Source of the DNA: Eledone cirrhosa
Lineage: Eukaryota
Direction of reading: 5' to 3'
DNA length: 64,000 nucleotides
Assembly (NCBI GenBank): GCA_964016885.1
Contig: OZ024741.1
Span: forward strand, 224,626,001-224,690,000
The notes under the pieces were generated by a model. It searched no databases, was not told where the DNA came from, and was given only the letters and a program-made list of their open reading frames with translations. The translations under genes and the position numbers were made by a program. Within the stretch, counting starts at the first letter, position 1, and each line of letters begins with the position of its first letter. Shown piece after piece: positions 25,813-38,333 of the stretch.

Positions 25813-25982
25813 GTAGAAAGAGTACCTAGTTGTACAAATAAGTATTTCAATAAATAAGCAATCCTATCATAAAACAAACAAAACAAAACAACAACAACAA
25901 CAACAAAACATTGGAAAATAACTGTATAACAACAACACAAAAAATAATACACGTTGCTATGGCAATGAAATAAGTTACTTAC

Positions 25983-26112
25983 TGGGCCTGCATTGGTAAG
26001 CTACTTCAAGTAATTTTGTTCTGTTAGGGCAAGGATCTGATAGGTTGGTGAAGGTTTTCACCTTCACCCTTAGTTGACATCTCTGTTTGTCTTGGCATAT
26101 CTTTAATAAAAC
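25983..26112 (-). CDS. EVA1C: EVA1C-like exon (C-half of SUEL domain 1)
   Basis: tttggtag|GTT...CCCA|gtaagt, 130 nt, phase 0 to 1. Reads VLLKICQDKQRCQLRVKVKTFTNLSDPCPNRTKLLEVAYQCRP with the DPC and Y-x-CRP motifs. Absent from the ORF track. Confidence 0.9.
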
Positions 26113-26449
26113 CTACCAAACATAACAATGGGTTTTAACTTAAAAGAACACGAAAGAGCCTGAGAAGGATAGTTTACATTGAAATTATCTATTGATAATT
26201 GTTTCAAGAAAACAAAACAAAGCAATTACAATACTATAAACATGTAATGAAAACATGTAGTTAAGAAATTTGTTTTGTCACCATATGGCTTTGTGTTCAA
26301 TCTCTGATGAAGCACCATAGTTTTGGCTAGTATAGTGTTAGCTTGACCAACACATTATGAGTGAGGTTTGTAATTGAGTAACCCCTCAACTTGATGTATT
26401 GAGTACCTTACTTTAACTGTGGTCACTTTCTATTCTTTAACAGAAAACT

Positions 26450-26485
<36 letters not shown>

Positions 26486-26577
26486 GTATATATATATATA
26501 TAGTTAAATATTTTTTCTCTAGTTTTAACTATGCATTTATAAATTACGTTTTTGTCTAAGCAATTATTTTGTAAAGG

Positions 26578-26643
<66 letters not shown>

Positions 26644-27033
26644 CAATGCCCTTTACAAAATAATTGCTTAGACAAAAACGTAATTTATAAATGCATAGTT
26701 AAAACTAGAGAAAAAATATTTAACTATATAGGTGCCACTTCTACAAAATTCAAAGAACGCTGGTACAGTCACAAACATACATATAATAAGTCCGATAAAA
26801 AATCTTCCACTTCACTTTCACATCTAATTTGGAATTTAAAGGACAACAATATAGACTATTCAATATCTTGGGAACGATTTCGAAAGCACCTGCATACCGA
26901 AATATGGCTTTCTCAAGAATCTGTCATTTGTGTATCGAGGAATTTTTTTTATATAATTAACTGTCAAAACTCTATTAATTTAAAAACAGAATTATTTTCT
27001 TCTTGCAGACATCGCCAAAATCCCACTTTCTGA
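26644..27033 (+). mobile_element. Penelope-like element, GIY-YIG endonuclease fragment
   Basis: CPLQNNCLDKNVIYKC...YIGATSTKFKERWYSHK...STSLS.LIW.LK....Y.ISW...IN.KTELFSSCRH, the PLE C-terminal GIY-YIG pattern. Frameshifted in the 3' half and 5'-truncated at a (TA)n tract. Confidence 0.85.
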
Positions 27034-27890
27034 AGTATTTTTAATCTATGATATTCTTGACTATATCTTATACACCTTTAAAATGATCCTATTATTTACT
27101 GAGTTTTTCTTTAAAAATTTAAATTTTTAAAAATGATCTTCCTTCTTAAATTTAGTATTTTTACCACTTGATATTCTTTTCCTAATGATACTATTCTAAA
27201 TCTATTTTTTAGATGTAGATTGATAATCTTTAATTGACATTCTGAAAGATATCCTCTTTACGATAGTTCTTCGAAATGCACTCTTGACTTATCTAATAAT
27301 ACATTTTTCCTCTCTTTAATCTTCAAACTTTTCACACATCTTTCAACATAGATAATATATAATTGAAATTCTCATCCTTGAAAAACATATAATATAAAAT
27401 ACCTTATTATTTCATACAAAATAATATATCATCTCTCTACATACTTTCTGAGTAAATCATTCATCAAATTTAATGGTTAGCAAATAAGATTGGAGTTATC
27501 TTTTCCTTTTTTCCTTTACCATTGAGCAAACATAGACATGATAACTTGTATGATAAACTATATAACTTCACTAAATTATTCTGAAAATACTTTCAATGCT
27601 GGAACAAAATATTTGAATCTACAAATTGTTCTCCTCTTACAACTTGAACTACATCTTTTTCTTAAATTTTTTTTATGTAAAATGTAAAATCAACATCCTT
27701 CGTAACTCATAAGAGAAATGTAAACAACTAATAATTGTGGTTTATTTCTATAAAATCACCAATAATACTTATACTTGCACACTTTTTTTATCTATATAGA
27801 TATTTATATACTTACAACCTGTTGTAATGTAATAAGATAAAATGTACTTACAACCATAATATATTCTAATTGATTATATATACAATATTA

Positions 27891-30239
27891 TCTATATATT
27901 AATTTCAACAATGTCAGTATTCCGTGTGTCATAATTCTCGATTATCATTGGTTCATAGGTTTTAAACGACTCCGCCCACCTCAACGACGTCAAACTTAAA
28001 TTAATATGCATAATGCCAATGAGGGAGTGAGAGGGAAGAGTAAGAAACAGAGAGGAAAAGTGAACGCTGAGTTGGATACACTATGTATATGTGTCAGTGT
28101 AGAGACATGTGTGTGTGTGTGATGTATGTGGAAATAAGAGGGGAAGGAAAGCAATAACTATTAACATGTGTGCGTGTGTATGTACATGTGCGTATGTTTA
28201 TGTGTGTGTGCGTGCGTGCAGCGTTCCACAGAAAGTAAAAACTATCAACATGTGTGAGTGTGTGCGTGTGTGTAAGTGCACGGGTGCGTGTGTAAGTTTG
28301 CGTGCGTGTGCGCGTTTCCATGCGTGTATGTGTGTGTACGTGCGGCGTTCCACAATCGCCACGCAGTTTATCTGCCTGTGTGCCTGTCTGTTAGTCTAAC
28401 ATACACAGAGTTGTGAAGGGAGTAAATAGGGACCTTTGTTTTACATTGACGGACATCTTTTATATTTATTATTGTGTCATTTTTTGACAATTGCTCGAAA
28501 TGACTACTGATAATAAAAGCAATTCGACTTTATCAAACAGTGAACTACAGCGGCGACGGCGTGCAGCCAGGAATGAAGAAAAACGGGCCGAACAGCGCCA
28601 TCGGAACGCCGAAATTCAGAGGCCAGGAATGAAGAGGAGCTGGCTGAACAACGCCAACGAAACACTGGAGCCAAGCAGCGACGGCGTGCTGTGATGGTTG
28701 AAGACGAACTGGCTGAACATCATCAGCAAACGGCTGGAATTCAGCAGCAACGGCGTGCTGCGATGGTTGAAGAGGAGCTGGCTGAACAGCGCCAGCGCAA
28801 TACAAAAGTCCAGAGAATGTGTTGCCAAAGTGCTCCTCATTCCAATAAAGAGGCTAGAAGGCGAACGGATGATATTAAAAATGGATCATGGCAACCGTGT
28901 CATTTTCAGATTGGTGGACGAGTAGAGTGTCCACATTGTGGAGCATTGCTTTGGAGGCACGAAAAGACGTGGACCACAATGTGCTGTCATAAAGGAGCAG
29001 TTCAACTAGAACCCTTGCGAATGCCGGATGATGAGGAGTCACCGGAGTTTAAAATACTAAGTATGTGGGGTGATCAAGGAGACCGAGGTAGATTACTGCA
29101 CAGCCGATGGTTGATGCAGTTGGGAAACGATGAATTGCCACACGTTGGTGATAATCAGATTGTAAGAATCCCAGACCATTTGGTCATGCCATGACTATTC
29201 GACGTAAATGATTCAGACATTGGTGTCCTTTGATCAGTATTGTGAGCGTTGACAGAGTTATCATTTCTGTCGATAATGAGCAATAAAAACCAACAAGTAT
29301 TGGTATAAATTGCCTTCAAATTTATCGCTTCTGATTGCGGTGGTAATAAAACCTCATCATATGCTGAGTCTGGCAAAAAGTTTAGATCCTATGGCCGGCC
29401 AGGACTAGAGTAATATTGAAAAACGATTCTATTTTTGAAGTAGAAGGATCCGCCATTTGGAGTTCAAACCAAGCCACCTCCCCGAGTTGAACTCTGGGCA
29501 ACATTGACTGTCTATTACTCAGTGCCTAAGAGCCTGGAAATTACTGAATACATTTTTGTGTCATATAATTTGTTGTTTTATTATTATCGGTAGAGGGTCG
29601 GACGTCATGCTTTGACGCAGAGAGTTACAGCCCTTTCCATTCTGAGTTCAAATCCCGCCGAGGTTAACTTTGCCTTTCATCCTTACGGGGTCGATAAAAT
29701 AAAGTACCTGTAATACACTGGGTAATTGCTGGCCTTGTGCCAAAAGTAGAAACAATTATTATAGCTGACCACTTATAGATAAGCATGTTATCCATATCCA
29801 TATTAATTTGGCATTTGTATAAACCATTTCAAGTAAATAGGGACCTTTTTTTACATTGACGGACATCTTTTATATTTATCTATATTTATATCTACATATA
29901 ATATAAAAGATTGGAACTTCCATCATCCTTTTGAGAAACGTGGAACAACCACGTCTATGCAATGATACACGTTTTACAGTCAGGCAGAAGATGAACCATC
30001 TCCTAGAGGTCACTACTCTAGGTGGGAGCACCTAGAATTGTTCATATACTATGCACAAATGGTACAACGAAGAATCTGTTATATCTGGAAGATTTTTTTA
30101 CTGTTTTTTTTTGTATCACACAGACACTACGGACTCGCCTCATACTGTAACCAGACAAACATCCAATACAGTCATTTTCTCTTTTACCTGTCTTCTCTTA
30201 TCATCTGTTTACCCGGGCGAAGCTGGGTACGTCAGCTAG
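27891..30239 (+). mobile_element. Internally deleted, composite Helitron
   Basis: 5' A|TCTATATA. Rep N-terminal Zn motif CPHCGALLW..E.....CCHKGAVQL is fused to a Pif1-helicase piece SRWLMQLGND...RIPDHL. 3' hairpin TACCCGGGCGAAGCTGGGTA followed by CTAG at 30236-30239. A SINE is inserted at ~29585-29760. Confidence 0.78.
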
Positions 30240-30578
30240 AAACTCATAATATAGCTAAATAATTTCTAGAATCATATTCCACTATTCCTATAAACTGTTA
30301 ATTCTTTTTAAATTAACTTAAATACAAGCTCTTCTTTCTTTCTCTTTCTTCTTCCTACATATACATACATATATCCTAATAATTATTTAAATCTACTTTG
30401 CGTCTAAAAATAACGTTTTTTTCAGCCCTATACCTCAACCTCATTTGCATACTCATCTTAATAATTTGAAATATTTGACTTTTCTTCTCTTTCCCCCTTT
30501 TTCCTTTACTATCCAGGAAAAACTTGAACCGTTAAGATCTTCTTCCTGGTTATGTTAATATTTATAAAACAAACTTTG

Positions 30579-30639
30579 TATTTTATCTGATGAGAACGTA
30601 CCAAAGTTTTGGTACCCTTGAAATATATATAATAGAATA
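30579..30639 (+). ncRNA. Type I hammerhead ribozyme motif
   Basis: tattttat-CTGATGA-gaac-gtaccaaa-gt-tttggtac-cctt-GAAA-TATATA-TA-atagaata. Confidence 0.75.
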
Positions 30640-31132
30640 AATATGGTTTTATAAATATAGTTTCCATTTATTTAATATCTTTGAATATTATACTCCAGAA
30701 AACTGTCGAGTGCTTTGAATCAGTTATAAACATTTATATTTGTTGAATTACCAACAAATTAAATATCCCTTTTGCTTATATATATATATATATATATATA
30801 TATGCTTGAAGCCAAATCCTAATTCTATTCTATTATAAGTTGAGCCAACTTATGCAGCTTCATATGCAAATGAGATTAATCACTTCATTTACACAGACGA
30901 GAAAACTATACATTCTCGACTGTTTTCAAGTCTAGCAGTCGTAAGATGAGAGCCAGTCAAGTTCGAAATGCATCGACAACTGTCCCCCTTGCTTCTGTTG
31001 GACTCCACTAGAGGGCGATAGCTCCTCGCCCCCGTGTTTTCGCATAGCTACGGCTCTCTAAATGTTTATCTATAAGCATATCGTGTTTCTTTAGAAATAC
31101 GAAATTCCAATACATACATACATACATATATG

Positions 31133-31219
<87 letters not shown>

Positions 31220-31224
31220 GTATG

Positions 31225-31307
<83 letters not shown>

Positions 31308-31308
31308 G

Positions 31309-31470
<162 letters not shown>

Positions 31471-31954
31471 TATTTCAGGGATTTCGAGACTAGAAATAGG
31501 AAGCAACATAACCACTATCTGCTAGTCAATACATCGATCTGCCATGATCAATCAACCCTCTGAAACGATCGTAAAACAATGAACTAATCAACAACCTATC
31601 TTTGACATTTGTTTTATTTTCATTGTCCAATACACACATATACATATATATATAAATGACTCTGTAGTTTGAACAGAATTTTCGAGAAAACCTTACGTAA
31701 TGAGCACCTACCTCAAAAACTATAGCACTCACCACCTAATCTCCGCTGAAACCATGTCTTCGAGGTCACATCGAATTCTACCAACATTATCGCCCCCACC
31801 ACAAACAGATGGAAACACCAATACACCAATATATATATATAATATATGCACATGCACATGTATCTCCTGATGGAGTTGTAGAGACGCCATTGTGGCATAT
31901 AGTAGGTGGAAAATGTGCAGAGCCTGTTATATATATATCTTGAACATGTATGTG

Positions 31955-32052
<98 letters not shown>

Positions 32053-32516
32053 AGAGTATTGAAGTTTGCTTGAAGCATTGTGGAATAATAAATAAATATC
32101 TTTAAGTCGTTTGGAAGCCTCGACAATGCAAATGGGTAAATCTCCGGGTAACAAGATCCGGTGATGGAGAGAGAGATGTAAGTGGGTGTACGTTGAGATG
32201 CGTGGTGTGTATAAGATGTGTAAATGTGTAGAAGAAAGAAGGGAAGAGTATAAAAGATATAATAAAAATAACAACACAAGAGAGAGTTACCTTGGGAGAG
32301 ATTTAATAGTCCCTATATATTTCGGATTCACATCCATCAACTGGGGTTTTTTTCCGGGGGTAAAGGTTGTCTGTCGGACAGGTGCGAAACGCGTCCTCCG
32401 CTGTTTGTTGTTTTTGCATCTCAACGTACACCCACTTACATCTCTCTCTCTCTCCACCACCGGATCTTGTTACCCGGAGATTTACCCATTTGCATTGTCG
32501 AGCCTTCCAAACGACT

Positions 32517-32607
<91 letters not shown>

Positions 32608-32617
32608 GTGTGTGTGT

Positions 32618-32698
<81 letters not shown>

Positions 32699-32904
32699 TG
32701 TGTGTGTGTGAGTGTGTGTGTGTGTGTATATGTATATGTTTGTTTCATTCCCATAAACTTTGGTCATAGCCATGATTAAATTAATCATAGAGCACTCTCA
32801 GTGAATAAATGTATCGATTAGTTGAATTGAGATGCATGCTATATAGTTCATGTATGCCTAGTATCCATGAAAAATCACTCCTATGTAATTTAAGCATACT
32901 AATG

Positions 32905-33570
32905 TAGCATCATGCTGAACGGAGGAAGACTTGAAGAAGTGGACACCTTCAAGTACCTAGGATCCACTCTGACCAAAGATGGCAGATCTCAACAGGAAAT
33001 ACTGACAAGACTCGCCTTGGCCACTTCTACCATCAGAAAGCTGAATGTCATATGGAAAAACAACTCTATCAGTTTTCCAGTGAAGCTTAAATTGTACAAG
33101 TCCTTGGTGACTTTGATCCTTTTGTATGGGTGTGAGATTTGAACTTTCTCCCAGCTGACATGAAGCGAAAAATCCAGTCGTTTGAGCACAAGTGCTTCAG
33201 AGCTATGTTACACATCCAATACACGGAACACACAACAAACAGCTTTGTCAGACAGCAAGTTAATAAATATGCTGGCAGACAGAAACCACTCCTTGTGAGA
33301 GGGAAAAGACGGAAGCTTACTTGGCGTGGTCATATATCCAGCCACAACTCATTGTCTCAAACCATCCTTCATGGTACAGCTGAGGGAAGGCGAAAAAGAG
33401 GCAGACAAAGAAAATCCTGGCTGACAACATCAAAGACTGTACTGGTCACAACACCGAGAACCTTCTACGCATGACGGAGAATAGAAACCAATTGCGACGA
33501 TTGACTGTAAAGGTGCCTAGAGTGGCACCCCAAACGACTAGCTGCAATAATTACGGGAACATGATGAATG
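32905..33570 (+). mobile_element. Decayed 3' fragment of a different RTE-type LINE family
   Basis: LEEVDTFKYLGS...KLKLYKSLV..ILLYGCEI*T...RKLTWRGHI...RKRGRQRKSW with a stop and frameshifts. Confidence 0.85.
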
Positions 33571-34074
33571 TAACATCATTTCCCACAGTATTATTTTGGT
33601 TATGTATAAAAGCCTCACTTTGTTTCATTTATTTGTCTCAGGTCGTCATAATTGCCATAGTTTTTGCCTTCAATTTTTCATGCTGGCATAGGTTGGATGG
33701 GATGTTTTGGACAATGTTTTATAGCTGGGTGCCCATCCTAATTCCAACCCTCTTAGAAGCCTCATACGACGTGCAAGGATACATTGTATCTATTCTAAGA
33801 AAGCTGCAGAATAAACGATAGGCATTGAAACATCGTCATCTCTCCAAAGGTTACCTTTAGTTGAATATTTTAAATTATTTTATTGATGTCAGTCGTTGGA
33901 CTGCAGCCATGCTAGAGCACCGCCCTTAATGGTTTAGTTGATCATATCAACCCCAGTACTTATTCTTTAAAGCCTGGTACTTAAGTCATCGATCTCTGAT
34001 TGTTGAATTGCTAAGTTACGAGTTAAAAACAAACAACGCCAGTTGTTAAGTTGTCTAAATGTAACGACTGACAT

Positions 34075-34154
<80 letters not shown>

Positions 34155-34471
34155 CATATACATGTATATGAAGGGCTTCCATAAAGATTGCGTGGTTTCT
34201 CGAAATGCGAGAAATAGCAGTCAAATCTCTTTCAAATGACATTTTATTGTCTTAGAAAAGGACACACTGGATGATATAATCCTAAATGCAATATACCTGG
34301 GAAAAAATTAGATTAGTCCTGAAATGAGGCTGACAAGCCAACGAAGGCGACTATCTATCAAATCAAAATGCCAGCAATAGCAGTCGTGTGTGTGTGTGTG
34401 TGGAGTGATGTTTTCCACTCTTACAAGTCTAGCCAAACTCAAGTTAAAATTGCCTTATTTAAATCACTTAC

Positions 34472-34689
34472 GTCCAGTGCGGTAGAAAGATAGCAGTTCC
34501 TGTCACCATCGTCTTGTAAATGGTCTTCAAAAGATGTTTGCGTGGAACCACACATGTGTTGCTCTGATAGACTGTAACCATACTGAGAGAACTGGATGCT
34601 GATTAAAGAACCTTCTGGGCAATATATGTACAGCATCTTGCCATCACATAATGTCTCTCGGAATCGGAACAGGGAGCTTGCAAGTAGAC
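34472..34689 (-). CDS. EVA1C: EVA-1/EVA1C-like gene, first detected coding exon (N-half of SUEL domain 1)
   Basis: Acceptor ttttttaacag, donor GAC|gtaagt, 218 nt. Reads LLASSLFRFRETLCDGKMLYIYCPEGSLISIQFSQYG...MC...NCYLSTALD, the C-x8-CP-G-x2-I-x-I-x3-YG pattern of EVA-1 SUEL repeat 1. Confidence 0.88.
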
Positions 34690-34915
34690 CTGTTAAAAAA
34701 CACAGAAAAACATTTTAACGGAGATTACAAGTAGACCTGTTAAAAAACATAGAAATACATTTTAACAGGGAGATTATAAGTAGAACTGTTAAAAAACATA
34801 GAAAGGCATTTTAACGGAGATTGCGAGTAGAACTATTAAAACATACAGAAATACATTTTAACAGGGAGATTACAAATAGAACTGTTAAAAAATACAGAAA
34901 GACATTTGCGAGTAT
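34681..34915. repeat. 47/49-bp tandem repeat, 5 copies, overlapping the EVA1C splice acceptor
   Basis: CAAGTAGACCTGTTAAAAAACACAGAAAAACATTTTAACGGAGATTA and variants. Confidence 0.9.
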
Positions 34916-35157
34916 ATGTAAAAAAACAAGACTGTTAATTTTACGTTCTTCTCTTGTCATTACAATCCTACTAGGAGTAAGAGCTGATTACTGATTTAAA
35001 AGAAATGGGACTCATGAATTAAGAATCAGTTAAGATCAACTCAACTGTCTATAATTGCTGTCTGGCGTATTTTGTATATAGATTTACCGACGTACTGGAG
35101 TCGATTTAATCAATTTCTCGTTCCTTCAAAATGTTGGTCTTGAGCCTAAATCAGAAA

Positions 35158-35239
<82 letters not shown>

Positions 35240-35425
35240 ACGAGTAGGACCCGACGGCTGAGCTCAAGCCGTTTCGACGGCTAATTCTTGTCCAGAATTA
35301 GCCGTCGAAACGGCTTGACTTCAGCCGTCGGGGTCCTACTCGTTCCTATTACCCACTCTACTACTCTAAGTATTGAGTACTTTGGTGCGTTATGGTCCAT
35401 CTGGTTCCTTACCACATTTCCTTCG

Positions 35426-35461
<36 letters not shown>

Positions 35462-36037
35462 CAGTCCTTTCAAAGGGTCATGATCTCAACTAAAGTGTAT
35501 TACTTTTCATCTTAACACCATATGAAAAAAACAATTTGATTCGTTAGTTCTTCAACTACCTCCAAATAGGGACATGATGCTAACATATTACTATGAGTTC
35601 AAATCCCGCCGAGGTTAACTTTGCCTTTCATCCTTACGGGGTCGATAAAATAAAGTACCAGTAATGTACTGAGTAATTGCTGGCCTTGTGCCAATAGTAG
35701 AAACAATTATTATTGAATAAAATTATTATTGCTTTTGAAAACAACTGGTGATATGCATGTAAGTAAATATTCTCTTTATCTGATATTTTGTAACTAACCT
35801 TACATAGTTCAATAACGGAGTATAGCTACAATGTATTATCATCACCTAGAAACGATCGTAAAGCAATGAAGTATATCTCTAATGACTTGATTTTTTATTT
35901 CATTGTTTTAACTTATATCATGACTCTGTTTTCCTTTTAATGTTTTCTGAGATTTATCTTAACCTACAACATTTTCAACATATGGATTACATCGAGTTCT
36001 TCATGCAGAATAGACCCCACAACTTACTGTGGATACC

Positions 36038-36097
<60 letters not shown>

Positions 36098-36101
<4 letters not shown>

Positions 36102-38333
36102 ATGAAGTTCATCTATCCTCAATATAACTTTGTTTTATTGCATATCTTTCTTTTCTTACAAATATTATTGTTATATTTCTTCAAGACTAATTACTGTTTT
36201 TATATTCTAGACATTGAATAAAAGCTTGGAATTGGAGCTTTAGTTTTGCAATATTAGAACGCACAACAATTTTATTCAATATGATATTTGTTACAACTGT
36301 TTCGTTCCGAGACTAGACGTTTTGTGGTATTCGTTTCCACCCTTACTCTACCTTCAAAGCTTGCTACATTCTCAATACCAATGGCTCAATTAAAAATTCC
36401 ACATCCAACATTCCCAAATGACCCCACATCCGAGCAATGGCGATGGTGGCGGAAGTGTTTTGTGGATTCCCTACTCATAAACGGCATAGTAGAGGACAAC
36501 CATAAATTGACCTACCTTCGTTCACAAGCTGGGGCCGACCTATTTAGTTTACTCGAATCTGCAGAAAACTTCAACGAAGCACTAATCACCCTGGATACTC
36601 AATTCTTAGCCCCCAGTCGTATACTCTATGCCAGACATCAACTCCTAACATGCCGCCAAAAGCAAGAAGAAACCGTCCGAGAGTTTATTAAAAGACTCAA
36701 CCTTTTAGTGGAAAAATGTAACTGTAAAGCCATCACAGCTAAAGACCATAGAGATATGTTGATCCTGGATTCACTAGTAGCAGGAGTCCAATCAGACGCT
36801 ATACGAGCACGTCTCCTAGAGCTAGACGATACTCAAGCAAACCTAAAAGACTGCATAGCAATGGCAAATGCAATAGAACTATCTAGTGATTTTACTAAAT
36901 CATTCAACCTAGATGTCTCTCTGAATTCATCAACACTGTCAACTACATCCTCTCAAGAACCTACCGTAGCAGCTACACAATCAAAACAACTTCTTCTGAA
37001 ATACTTGAAAAATGCTAATTCCCAAAGTGAATTTAAATGCTTTTTTTGTGGACTTTCTAGGCATCCTAGAAATAAATGCCCAGCTAGAAAAGACATATGC
37101 TATTCTTGTGGGAAGATCGGCCACTGGCAATCAGTCTGTAAATCTGATTGCCAAAGCAGTAAGCAAGCAGCCTCACTTATATGTTCATTAAATACCGGCA
37201 AACAGTCTAAAGCTATTCTCTGCCCGATAACTATAAAAGACACCACACTAAAGGCCTTAATCGATCCTGGTTCCACAGATTCGTTTATACGTCATAGCAT
37301 AGCAACTGAATTAAACTTGAGCGTAAAACAAGAAAAACGGGCAATCACACTAGCCGACAATAAAATATTAATGACGACTGGTACTACATCCATACCAATA
37401 TGTATCTACAGCGAGGAATACTCTGTGAACCTAATCACTGCAAAAAGTCTTGTCGCAGACGTCATTATCGGAATGGATGTCCTCACCCAGCATAGCTCTA
37501 TTATTCTCCACCTTGGCGGTGCCCGGCCTCCCATGAAATTTTCAAATCAACTATGTTGTACCTTTCCGACAATAGGAGTTAATCCGCCTCTTGTCTTCCA
37601 CGATTTAGCCGAGACAAATATCAAGCCGATTGCCACTAAGGGACGTTTCATTAACAAGAGAGACGACAATTTTATTAAGTCCGAAATAACTCGCCTCCTA
37701 GAAGCCGGTATCATTGAGGAATCAATTTCACCTTGGCGAGCTCAGTGCTTCATAGTACACGGAAAGAAACCTCGACTCGTGGTAGACTACTCACAGACAA
37801 TTAATAAGTATACACAATTGGATGCCTATCCATCCCCCGACATTGAGGATGTTGTTAACAAAGTGGCACAGGATAAATATTTTTCAGAATTCGACCTCAA
37901 ATCAGCGTATCACCAAGTACCTTTAAGAAAAATCGACAAACCTCTAACGGCATTTCAGGCTAATCACAAACTCTACCAATTCTGCCGCTTACCCTTCGGC
38001 GTGACTAACGCTGTACCCGTTTTTCAGAGAATTATGGATCAAGTTATAGAGAAATATAACTTACTCAAAACCTATGCCTATATTGACAACGTCATAGTCA
38101 CGGGAAATACCAAAGCTGAACATGATAGAAATGTGGAAGCATTCTTAAACGCCGTGAAGACAGAAAACCTAACTCTTAACTCGGATAAGAGTAAAATCTG
38201 CCAAACGAGTATATCTATACTAGGTTATAACATTCAGAACGGAGTAAAGAAAACCGATAAGGAACGCATCAAAACCCTACTAGACTTCCCAATCCCAACA
38301 AACAAACAACAACTGAAACGATTCATTTGTTGA
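36098..38333 (+). mobile_element. Ty3/Gypsy LTR retrotransposon (Mag-like), 5' LTR + gag-protease-RT, truncated before RNase H
   Basis: 171-bp LTR TGTT...AACA at 36098-36268 containing AATAAA. The ORF (ATG 36381) has CFFCG..H....CPA....CYSCGKIGHWQSVC knuckles, protease ALIDPGST, and RT motifs SPWRAQ, RLVVDY, DLKSAYHQ, LPFG, YIDN, ILGY. No RNase H, integrase or second LTR seen. Confidence 0.93.
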
